Part shown: piece after piece, positions 55,601 through 64,000 of the stretch
How positions within the stretch are numbered: the first letter of the stretch is position 1
How the letters are laid out: each line of letters begins with the position of its first letter
Source of the DNA: Phoronis australis
Taxonomy: Eukaryota; Animalia; Phoronida
NCBI GenBank assembly: GCA_002633005.1
Contig: NMRA01000274.1
Location: 101,817-165,816, forward strand
Reading direction: 5' to 3'
Length of the DNA: 64,000 nt
Made by a program: the position numbers and the translations under genes
Notes under the pieces: generated by a model
Databases searched by the model: none
Told to the model about the DNA's origin: nothing
The model's input: only the letters and a program-made list of their open reading frames with translations

Positions 55601-58600
55601 AAATAGAACCATTAATTGAAAAGTTTGCAAGATCGATGGCAACATCACATTTAAATAGACTAGTGCAGAACAAAAACACTCACCATCAAACATCATTGTC
55701 ATCATCGATACTGTTGTCATCACTGCCTTAAAAACATGTTACCAGTAGTGGCTTTGTAATTATAATAACTATCCACTGGCGAAACAGACGAGTTTGTATG
55801 CTAAATATGGGTGCTTAATCACAACTCTTGTCAATCTTTGTTCCGGGTGCGGGGAGCAATGTCCACATGCAAACTTAATATGCTGGTGCTGGCATAGGGG
55901 CAGGGTGTATTGAGTTAGTGAGCCAATGATCACTCAAGAGTTATCCATGAGGAAGGCGACCGCTTTTAACAACCCATCATGCGGTGAGTTGCACTGCAGC
56001 CTACTCCAAGTGCTGGGTAACGCATCAAAAACTGTGCCACCATATGTTTTCTGTGTTCAAGGCTAAGTGAACCTCAGTCATTGGACAGTGTGGTCATACT
56101 TCTCATGATATCCCGGATCCAACAGTTCACCAGTGAGAAGATTCCACAGAAAGTTGTTTAGAAGCCAAGCTGTCACACTTCTGAGGTTATAAATGTAAAC
56201 ACAAATTTACAACCATAAACCATTCTAAATAACATTCAGTTACCTAAGCCATTCCATTCATCACTTAAAATGAATGATTGGAAAATTTCGCAAATGCGTT
56301 ACAACTACACAACTGTTCTGAATAAAACCCCATCTAAAGATTTTTCATTTTTCAAAGCCTTTCCATTCTACAAAGCGATGACAGACAGTCCATAGTACAA
56401 GTGGACAACTGTTGACAACAATAGGCAACCGGTGATGCTTCTTTGAGAGATTAAAAAGGTAAAAAATCCCTTGTCGTGCTTCGAATTCAACTGGAGGAAA
56501 ATGGATACCCAAAAAAGGATGGTGAGTTCTTTGCAAACTTTTTAATCAAAGATCAACAATTAGCCTCTGCCCTCAGTCAGGGGAGTTGTTAATTTTCGTA
56601 GCCCTAATGGGCACTTAACTGCCTTTTATGATAGCTGTTACCGTAGGAAATGGTCTCTGATTTTTATATAATCTAAAACCAAAACAAATGCACAATCTAT
56701 GTTTATTTTAATGGTCTAGTGCTCTGATTAATGTTCCTTGTATGTATGAAGCCTTCATCAAGGCGAGACTACAGTGTGAAAATGCTGAAATTGTTTGTTA
56801 AAGGTATGAACACGGCTCATGTTTTAGATGTTTCACTTCTCGACAAGGTACTCAAAAAAATCCATAATTTTCACAAAGTAATAGATTTTCAACCCAAGAA
56901 AGGACAACTCAAAATACTGTTTTTGTGATATCACCTTGACCACCATGATCAAAAGAGATTCCAGCGATCCACTAATACCACTAGGGTAGTTTGATAGGAA
57001 GCCACATTTCCTTAGAAACACACTTTTGCCACATTCTACAAAAAACATGACGATGTGCGCCAATCAATAGAAATTTTTTGTAAAGTTCAAAACTTTACAC
57101 AGCATTAATTAAATAATATTCATTATTCAGTATCCATATAAACTGGTCGCATTGAATAACACTGAAACACTTGCCAGCACAAGATGAACAGTTGCCATCA
57201 GCAACAGTCCTAGTGATTTGGACTTCACTAGTTATCTACCAACTCAATGTTTCAAGAGTAAAATTCTATAAGTTATCTACATATTTTCAGAAACTCTAGA
57301 CTTTTCATAGATATCATTTAGCCTAAATTCAGACTAGGTGTTAAGATTACTCATAACCTCATGGCTCTTCACAACAGAAAATTCACTCGTGGAGAATTAC
57401 AAAATTCATATTCACGTTTGAAAGTCCATGTTCACCCTAGAGGGGAATCAGTGTGTTAAGTCTCAGAATAGAAGTACGGAACTGGTACCAAAAGCTCAAA
57501 ATATCCCTATTTGTTGAGGAAATCATTAATCTTCGGATACTTGAAACCTGTCGCGTGGGTTTTCGAACGCGGCCGGCGAGGCAAGTAAGCCAAACTCGCA
57601 GGTTGTGGAGAACACTGAGCCTTAAGTATAAAGTGAACATTCTCTTGTCTATGCTATTACAAGGAGCTGTAAAGAATCAAACATGCAAGGCCATCAATTA
57701 TGCCTGAGCCGTTTGATTATTCATGAATGGAGATTTGCTCAAAACAGTCAACTCACTCCAGAGACTTAGGGAGGGGGAGAGCTAACACATCCACAAATGG
57801 GGAGGGAGGACTACACCTCCACACATATACTGCAATTACAAACAACAAAACAAATGGTACTTTTACAAACGGCCGTCAATTATTCCGCATTAGCTACAGG
57901 ATCATCGAAGTGATTGGATTATCGAGGCTCAGAACCTCGGGGGGAAATGGCCCCCGAAGCTACTAAATCATGATAAGGTAGAATATCTCCGAGGCATTTC
58001 ACGCAAAAGTTTTGCCTATGGCTGTTATTACTGACTATACTTGAACTTCCGGGTAAATTGCAAGTTCACACATTTCCTAGATCCTAGAATTATGGTAATT
58101 TTCAACTTATTTAGTGCACAATAGGGGGACATGTAGAATTTTACTTACATTTCTGTAACAAAACTAAAGAACAAGAGATTTTAGCCTGTATCAGTTGCAT
58201 CATTTGTATAGTGTAGATGCAATGAAACATTTGGTCAAGTTTTCATTACTTGAAGTAGGTACGGTATATCATATTTCTCAAATATCGGGCATTGCCCACT
58301 GTATCAAGAAAATCTGAATATAAACTCAGCAGTTGATGTAATTGTTGAAAATAGCAACAGACACAATGTTTTCATGAGTGCCCATCCTGTGTAACATCGA
58401 GGTGAATGATAGTTCAAAAGTCGTTGATGGTAATTCTTGAATTTGGGAAGACCAACATTTATTATTTCTAAAATTTGGTACAAGCTCTGACACTAGCTCA
58501 AACTAGATAATTTTTTACGAAACCAGACTTCGAAAAATACAAAATAGAAAATAGAAAAAATGACAACTTTGGTCATTATTTTTGTGTGAAGTAAGACTTT

Positions 58601-61600
58601 CTAGAATATGCAACAAGACAAATTAGTCAAAAAATAATTGCAGGCAATCTAGTACATGTTGTAGAGACAGGACTCAAGGTCCACCAGTGTGCCCAGAGAG
58701 ACACAATCTTGAATAAAGAAAGCAAAGACTTATCACACAAAGCCACATCAGGGGAGGACGACAACTGCTAAAACAGTGGGGGGACACCAACCATGACTTT
58801 TTCCCCACTACTCTTCAACTGCAAACAATTTATTTGCAAATGAATACCACTTCGCAGCCAATACTTTTTAACTTAGAAGTGGAAAAGCACAGCAAACAAA
58901 TCTCCTTAGGCCATTTCATACCAACAGGATGCCGGCAGTGGAGCAGCATCCATGTACACTGTGTAGTTTTTTTGAACCTTTTAAACTAGTCTTGGGTAGT
59001 TAATGGACATTGAAGATATCGCAGTTTGATAAGTAGATCAATCGACATTGTTGCACGATGGTGCTCCAAAAACATGCAGGCGTTTTTTTTTTTAATTTCA
59101 CTGAATTACCATATTTATGGTTGGATAATCAATCAAATAAAGTTCTTATACTGGTAGAATGGCGAATAATTGAAAACAATATAAATCATAAATATCTTAA
59201 CAGGTGCCGGTATTGACAGCGACACCTGCCGATAACTCCGCTGAAAACAACGCTAACCTTTCACACCGCTGCTAAATCCAACTATTTACTGCCAAGTCAA
59301 CTCGCGCTTTTGACTCGGGAGTAGAGACCCAAGTTAATCGTTCGTACTGACCGACACTCGACAAAACATCGACATCCCTTTGTCATTGGTATAAAAGGCC
59401 CTTTGCACATTGAGAAAATTGACTGAAGCTTGAAGGTCAGGGAAGAGACAGAAGCCCCCAAGTGATCAAAGGAAACAAATTCCAGGAATCCGCTTGTAGT
59501 CAGTCTACTGTGCACTAAGACTGCGTGGCTCAGTCAGCCACATTCTAAGATACTGGAGACCCTGAGAAAGACAGGAGGCAAATGATTTAAGTAACCCATA
59601 TTTTCCAATTCGTTAAGGCTATGTAGAGCCGGAGAAAAACGTCTAGGTTTGGCAAACTTCGTAACACCACATCTCAGAAATAGTTGGCTGGATTCATACA
59701 AAACTCTCAGCTACTATGCTTTACGCATGTTTTACAATATGCTGTTAGAGTTTTGTTTTAACGATGTTCTACTTTTGCAAGAGGTGCTGCCAAAAACAAG
59801 ACTTCCAAGATTTTTATTAAAAAAAATCTAAAGTTGCATAGACCGAAAACGAGATAATTTAGACAACTACAGCAGTGTTTTTGATATTTCATCCTGAACA
59901 TTGACATCAAATGAAATTTGGTCACGTTATTGATTCCATTGGTTTGCTATGAATGTACCTTTCTGTTTTGCTACATTTCATTAAAAAGAGGGTCATGCAA
60001 CTCAATCAATGGCAGATTGGTATAAGGCAAAAACCAAACGCCTATTTTCAGAAAAGATCAACAATTACGGAGTTGTGGTTCTGTAACTTCAACACCACTT
60101 GTTTGAGACGCAATAGGTCACATTTCCCATCACATTCTACTTCTAAGACCAAGGTTTCAAACTCCAAAGATGCCTTTTTTGAGTCTCATCCACAGACATT
60201 TGTCAAGCATTTCAAGTCTCTAACTTTCGACACTGCAGCCTTCTATCCAGCAATAAAAAGACGCTGGTACCAGACCAACATACGATAATTTTGTTACGAA
60301 TAGTGATCATTATGATAGTAGCAAAGCCATGGCTTACAGATGCATCATACTGTGGGAAAATATCTTGTCCCAGCTGCAAGCAGAAGCTAAACTATTGTAC
60401 TGACATTAAAAAAAGAGACAAGATCCTTCCTAACAAGTCAGCTCTTCTAGACCCCACCCTGCCTCGCACCAATTTCGCACCCTCCCCACCCGCTGAAGGT
60501 TCAGTGATTCAAGGCAACTTTCCCCCCTCAGGCAACGGCCAATGAAAGAAGACGTCCAACAGTAGTACAAGGGCAAGAGTAGGTTACAGCCCTTCTCACA
60601 GTAATTAATAGGTTGAACACAGCAAGCTGTGTCCCCACTACAATTAATCCAACAATGGCCGCTGACAACTGGCTCAGGCGACAGATGTTCAAGTGTATTC
60701 AGCCCCCAGTCATTGGGAATGATGATTTCACGGTAAACATCAATTAAAAACCTAGCTGTTGCCCCAAGAGAAGCTGCATGGAAACACCAAGTATAGGATA
60801 GCTCAGCCAGTCAACAGATCAGAGTTGGTGTAGTGAGGTAGAATTTAGGACGCGATATGAGAAAAGAAGAAATTCTCATTTTTCTCACAAAAGAAAACAA
60901 GCAACTGATTTTTACCAAAATGCTGTGTAAGTCTCAAATAAAATATCCATTCTGTACACGGAAATGATTTCAAATCATGGAATACGATTAATAGAGGAGT
61001 GAATTTTTTCTACTAGTTTCAAATGCTAAAAAAGATGTAACAGTGGTCTGAAATTTGACAATTTTGTCTTCAAACCTAGATATTTTAGGAGGCAGTGATC
61101 GGCCGTTTTAATTTATATTCTGTGCAGTAGTTGTGCGTGCAAGTAGTTTGAAAATCCCAATAAGTGATGTCAAGTTGGCAGATCAAAATGGTCTTCTGAT
61201 TCAACCATTAGCAAACCTCTTGACAAGTTACAACTCAGTTCTTACAACCGAGAAGACACGTTTTCTAAAAGATGACAACCAACTCAGTTCATTCCTCAGA
61301 CAATAGGACTTCGGAGTCGACCCAGTTTATGAGATATTCTTTGGTTCTTAGGGGTTGCTGAAACAACATTAGCACATTCCACAGAAGGGACAGCCAGATA
61401 ACTATGGCGATAATAAAGGCATTAAATCTGAAAGGCCATGAAATATTACATGGTAAATCACTCAGCGCTGAAAATAACAACAGGGGGAAAAAGTGCAGAA
61501 AATAACAGAACGAGTAAAAAAGATAAGATAGGACTTCTCATGGAACCTATGATGACGAGAAAATGTGAACATCCAACCGTCCATGGTGTTGCCTGTCTAA

Positions 61601-63077
61601 CATTCTGGTCCATATCCATACTTCCGATAAGAAAATTCACAAAGAGACACGGTATTAAATAAAAGAATAGCCCTCTTTCTGCAATATGAATGGACAAGTG
61701 ATATGGTTGGTATTCAAACGGTGAAGAAGAATGATTTTTTTGTTATCTGTATGGCCAAAGAGACTCCGTATTATCTATAAAAATGATCTTTTTTGTTATC
61801 TGAATGTACCAACAAGAGACTAGGTATTAACCAGTTGAAGAAGAATGGTCTTCATTTTGTGACCTAACAGAACAGAACAGAGAAGAACAGAAAGCTGTTT
61901 CAACACTAGCATTGGAGCGTTCACGAACTAAGGATCCAGCATGATTGCTTTCCTGCAGCTAGGACCGTTGGCTCAATTGGGCTACCTAGAGTTCCAAACT
62001 GGCCGGTGAGCTAGCACTACGGTCCTGTCTAAACTTCCCAATCAGTGCTGACAGATGAGGAACTTGGTAAAAAATAACATCAGGCATAATATAAGGCATG
62101 ACGTTTTAAGGGATTTAGAACAAACATTTGTATGCTGCAACACAATTGTGTTATAATACATCTTTTGTGCAATACGTGCCTGCATTTAAGAACCAGTTGA
62201 TGACTATTATTCAGTGGGGAAAACTGGTTCTCAAAATGCAGGCTCATTACATCAGGCTAGTACTGTCTTTTGAGAATTAAGTTTTATAACTAAGATGAAT
62301 AAAATGTTTTGGACAACATTGTAGGTATGCAGTTGAGGACGACTTTGTAGATAAGCACAGCTCAATTGTTAAACTTTTAACCTGAGGAAGAAAAGCTACT
62401 GAAGTCCCATTCACTCGGCTTCAAAACTGGCAGAACGGTTATGGCATCCTAACTTGAAAATAAACACCCACGCGCACACGCACGCACACACCCACACACA
62501 AAAAACATCCTCCAATTCTCAGGTGACTTAAGTGGCATTTTCTCGCTTGTTTCCCTTCAGGCTTTACAATACAACTAAAGCCAGATGAGTCTGGAGGCGA
62601 CTCCACAGTACCTCTCACCTTTGTTACGTAAAAACATGAAGTGGAATTTCCCTTTGACTTATGTCGCATTCTTTAGAAAACTGTTCTTAGTCAACCCATT
62701 CAATTCTACCTCAACCACTAATCCTACCATATTCCCTGCCAACGCCCTTGCTTACCTGATGGAAAAGGTGTGTGTGCCCTCTGGGAGCGGAATTTCTTTG
62801 GGGTGAGGGGGCACCCCCGCACAACTGTGGAAGTTAAAAGTGATAGATTCTAAACTCGAGGGGAATTTTCATGATACTTGGAAGGGAACTTTTGCGCCTA
62901 ATGAGGGGGCTTGCGCACAATTTTACAATAATTTTTGTGACGAAATGGAGCCATCATTCCGCCACAAAATCGAAGCATCAAGGGCCGTCACCACTCCTCC
63001 CTGTAACTAGTTTTACACTCACCTTGTCTGTAACCCAGCGACGTCTTGTCTCCAGTGTGATTGGGCGGTGAGAACAT
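2007..63077 (-). CDS. TCF12: E-protein class I bHLH transcription factor (TCF3/TCF4/TCF12/daughterless orthologue), multi-exon, 5'-partial
   Basis: Phase-compatible GT-AG exons encode the family motifs in the right order: [110 protein letters not shown]. The symbol is a family-level label; an invertebrate E-protein is co-orthologous to TCF3/4/12. Confidence 0.97.
3580..3615. repeat. 18-bp tandem repeat x2 (ggttctgcacgtctggca)
   Basis: Two exact adjacent copies. Confidence 0.85.
3894..4010 (-). CDS. TCF12: C-domain exon [39 protein letters not shown]
   Basis: Invariant E-protein C domain, 117 nt, phase 1-1, donor CAG|gtaagg. Confidence 0.96.
4367..4512 (-). CDS. TCF12: mutually exclusive HLH exon B: [48 protein letters not shown]
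   Basis: Acceptor tttcgtacag, donor GAG|gtgaga, 146 nt, phase 2-1. Canonical E-protein HLH. Confidence 0.96.
4855..5000 (-). CDS. TCF12: mutually exclusive HLH exon A: [48 protein letters not shown]
   Basis: Acceptor tctctgtag, donor GAG|gtaaat, 146 nt, open, phase 2-1. Not present in the supplied ORF track. Confidence 0.92.
5343..5429 (-). CDS. TCF12: basic-region exon [29 protein letters not shown]
   Basis: E-protein basic region, acceptor ctttttcag, donor AG|gtaggt, 87 nt, phase 2-2. Confidence 0.96.
5693..5769. repeat. 37-bp tandem repeat x2
   Basis: tggacagtaatggtgcacacaacaggtttaacacttg occurs twice exactly. Confidence 0.9.
6813..6883 (+). mobile_element. tRNA-derived SINE head / degenerate tRNA-like remnant
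   Basis: A-box-like tgtctaggcgg (6818-6828) and perfect B box ggttcgattcc (6861-6871) at tRNA-like spacing. No convincing cloverleaf. Confidence 0.5.
7405..7582 (-). CDS. TCF12: E-protein exon (G)MKSDPVEQ...IKIEK...PPNKRSR (alternative donor at 7372)
   Basis: Acceptor (t)9cag, donor CG|gtatgt, 178 nt, phase 1-2. Contains an IKxE motif. Confidence 0.9.
8210..8273 (-). CDS. TCF12: E-protein exon (Q)[26 protein letters not shown] acceptor (start 8273 or 8270)
   Basis: Acceptor ttccag-cag, donor G|gtacgt, phase 0-1. Bridges the flanking exons in frame. Confidence 0.8.
11483..11662 (-). CDS. TCF12: E-protein AD2 exon [21 protein letters not shown]...DSHIQ
   Basis: Hallmark [13 protein letters not shown] motif, 180 nt, phase 0-0, donor CAG|gtaggt. 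Confidence 0.95.
11845..12226. mobile_element. degenerate MITE-like element with about 70-bp imperfect terminal inverted repeats
   Basis: gatctaatctttgtactcgaaatcacacccaaaattac... mirrors the reverse complement of ...taactttgaatttgatttcgattaaaaagattagatc. Confidence 0.65.
12988..13047 (-). CDS. TCF12: duplicated AD2-helix cassette exon [20 protein letters not shown]
   Basis: Acceptor ctttttcag, donor GAG|gtaacg, 60 nt, phase 0-0. 15/20 aa identical to the start of the next exon. Confidence 0.85.
13096..13180. repeat. about 26-bp imperfect tandem repeat x3
   Basis: tgtgacc(t/a)gcaca...cct(g/a)tg(g/a)tac repeated three times. Confidence 0.8.
13441..13514 (-). CDS. TCF12: E-protein exon (G)[24 protein letters not shown]
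   Basis: Resembles W...SPSYENSLHSL of TCF12, 74 nt, phase 1-0, donor gtaagt. Confidence 0.9.
14057..14135 (-). CDS. TCF12: E-protein exon [26 protein letters not shown]
   Basis: Conserved IYSxDHT...STPVxSP motif, 79 nt, phase 0-1, acceptor ttttcag, donor gtaaac. Confidence 0.94.
15159..15326 (-). CDS. TCF12: E-protein exon [19 protein letters not shown]...[12 protein letters not shown]
   Basis: Conserved LPPxSTF and DALGKALAS motifs, 168 nt, phase 0-0, donor gtgagt. Confidence 0.93.
15392..15429. repeat. (AAT)12 microsatellite
   Basis: Read directly from the sequence. Confidence 0.95.
15944..16044 (-). CDS. TCF12: E-protein exon (E)[33 protein letters not shown]
   Basis: Acceptor tctatctacag, donor gtgagt, 101 nt, phase 1-0. 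Resembles DGHHSSDPWSSS...HERL. Confidence 0.88.
18715..18790 (-). CDS. TCF12: E-protein exon [25 protein letters not shown]
   Basis: Acceptor ttgtttcag, donor CAG|gtaaga, 76 nt, phase 0-1. Homologous to the VYAPS...RDSP exon. Confidence 0.88.
19226..19301 (-). CDS. TCF12: second copy of the VYSGSP exon (within probable assembly duplication)
   Basis: Same peptide as 18715-18790 with one synonymous difference. Lies in the duplicated block after the N at 19048. Confidence 0.5.
25798..25821 (-). CDS. candidate alternative first coding exon MFYYRPYQ
   Basis: ATG preceded by an in-frame TGA, donor CAG|gtatga, phase 0, joining in frame to VYSGSP. Confidence 0.45.
30262..30314 (-). CDS. TCF12: E-protein exon (G)[17 protein letters not shown]
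   Basis: Acceptor aacacag, donor gtaagt, 53 nt, phase 1-0. Links in frame to the VYSGSP exon. Confidence 0.65.
30695..30737 (-). CDS. TCF12: E-protein exon [14 protein letters not shown]
   Basis: Acceptor ttctatttcag, donor CAG|gtaagg, 43 nt, phase 0-1. Resembles the 'SLL..DM..PGTLSP' segment of TCF4. Confidence 0.8.
31890..32112. mobile_element. 223-bp MITE-like element with 38-bp terminal inverted repeats, TG...CA ends
   Basis: 31890-31927 matches the reverse complement of 32075-32112 at 35/38 positions. No TSD seen. Confidence 0.75.
33288..33347. repeat. 15-bp minisatellite x4 (ttattttggtactaa)
   Basis: Four exact copies. Confidence 0.92.
33655..33707 (-). CDS. TCF12: E-protein exon [17 protein letters not shown]
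   Basis: Acceptor tctttatag, donor CAG|gtgagt, 53 nt, phase 1-0. Resembles the 'K..ERGSYSSYGRE' exon of TCF4. Confidence 0.8.
34320..34423. promoter_or_regulatory. intronic E-box cluster (7 CANNTG in 104 bp), candidate enhancer
   Basis: CAAGTG 34320, CAGGTG 34330, CAGATG 34349, CAAGTG 34360, CACCTG 34373, CAGGTG 34397, CAGTTG 34418. Confidence 0.45.
36149..36224 (-). CDS. TCF12: E-protein exon [25 protein letters not shown]
   Basis: Acceptor tgtttttcag, donor gtaagt, 76 nt, phase 0-1. Bridges the flanking exons in frame. Confidence 0.75.
38207..38277 (-). CDS. TCF12: E-protein exon [23 protein letters not shown]
   Basis: Acceptor tgtgttacag, donor gtaagt, 71 nt, phase 1-0. Positional equivalent of the Trp-containing exon after MFSPP. 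Confidence 0.78.
44680..44727. repeat. (CA)n microsatellite
   Basis: Read directly from the sequence. Confidence 0.92.
51294..53013. repeat. about 810/910-bp direct duplication flanking the single N at 52104, containing compound (GCA)n/(GTA)n/(CCA)n repeats
   Basis: 51294-52103 matches 52105-53013, differing mainly in trinucleotide repeat length. Confidence 0.9.
62756..62824 (-). CDS. candidate symmetric cassette exon (V)[22 protein letters not shown]
   Basis: Acceptor cttccacag, donor CAG|gtaagc, 69 nt, open, phase 1-1. No recognised homology. Confidence 0.6.
63023..63077 (-). CDS. TCF12: E-protein exon [18 protein letters not shown] (follows the AD1 exon)
   Basis: Acceptor tttttttctag, donor G|gtgagt, 55 nt, phase 0-1. 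Matches the MFSPP exon start of TCF4/TCF12. Confidence 0.88.
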
Positions 63078-64000
63078 CTAGAAAAAAAGGCAACATTTTA
63101 AAAAAAATCTTTATCGAACAGCCAGACCATGTGTTAAACAAGCAGACACATTCCAGGTATTACGATCTTGTCCGGAAAAATAACTAGGTACGAATACAAC
63201 TAAGAATCATAAAAGTCAATTCCGCCCTCAACGGTTTTGGTGAAATTCATTTTGATGCAACAGCAATTAACAACAGAACCATCATTTTCCATTTCCAAAG
63301 ACTTTTAAAAAATCCTCAGAAGAATCTTTCCCATACCGGGGGAACAGGATCCTAAAAATACACGTTGCCAATGGCAACTTTCCAAATCTCTAATCTAGAT
63401 GAATTAACCAGTTATTTAAATCAGCACGAGAGCAAACAAAACAAAAACATGAGTGTCAGAGTTCAGCTCTAGCTGTACAGACAGTTAATAAGTGAGCAAT
63501 GAACATACGAGCAAAATGTCATTGAACGTCATAGAGACCCAGCGACACTCTGAACTGGACAAAATTAAAAAGAAACAGCTGAAACACTTGTATATTCATC
63601 AATTAAATGAAAGAGCTGGAAACGGCGACAATAGGCAAACTTGATATGCTAAGAGAAAGACACCACTGACAGCTCCACCTTGAGTATAATTTCAACCAAT
63701 AGGCCTTGAGGTATTGATGAGACGTTGTGTACGTAAATTTCACCTCAATCGTAGAGGAAATGGCAGTCGGAATTGAATAGCAAGTCTCAACGACGATGAT
63801 GACAAAACGTGATGATGGAAAGATGACGACAAAAAATGACAAATTGAACTGCATCCAGACCAGGCCTTCATCTAGAGGGTATCCAGAGAGTCCAGTGGAC
63901 ACCTTCAATCAAAATTTACACACCCTAGCTAGGACGCCTTGTTCAGCATTTGAATACCCAAGTAAAGTAAGCAGGAGTGTCTCCTCACTTGCTAGCAGCA

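Noticed and set aside
57548-57640. Possible alternative first exon MFTLYLRL...KPTRQ
   Set aside because: Weak donor (gtttca), phase 0 does not match the next phase-1 exon at 38277, and there is no homology.
38278-62755. Nested gene or autonomous transposon in the 24-kb intron
   Set aside because: Only short ORFs with no recognisable domain are present, and I found no transposase or reverse transcriptase motifs.

Overview
Eukaryotic (animal, probably invertebrate bilaterian) genomic DNA. Almost the whole window is one intron-rich minus-strand gene encoding a class I bHLH E-protein (TCF3/TCF4/TCF12/daughterless family). I traced about 20 GT-AG coding exons by hand, with compatible phases, from the MFSPP exon (63023-63077) to a terminal exon near 2007-2155. 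The first coding exon with AD1 appears to lie beyond base 64000. The most striking feature is the alternative-splicing architecture. (i) Two tandem 146-nt HLH exons (4855-5000 and 4367-4512) must be mutually exclusive and share one basic-region exon, unlike vertebrate E12/E47. (ii) A 60-nt tandem duplicate of the AD2 helix sits where vertebrate TCF12 has its optional 24-aa cassette. (iii) An in-frame alternative donor adds 11 aa before the bHLH. (iv) There is a candidate HEBAlt/TCF4-A-like internal start exon. The introns hold MITE-like elements, a tRNA-derived SINE head, microsatellites, E-box clusters and two duplications around single N bases that look like assembly artefacts. All exon calls come from sequence alone, with no transcript evidence.
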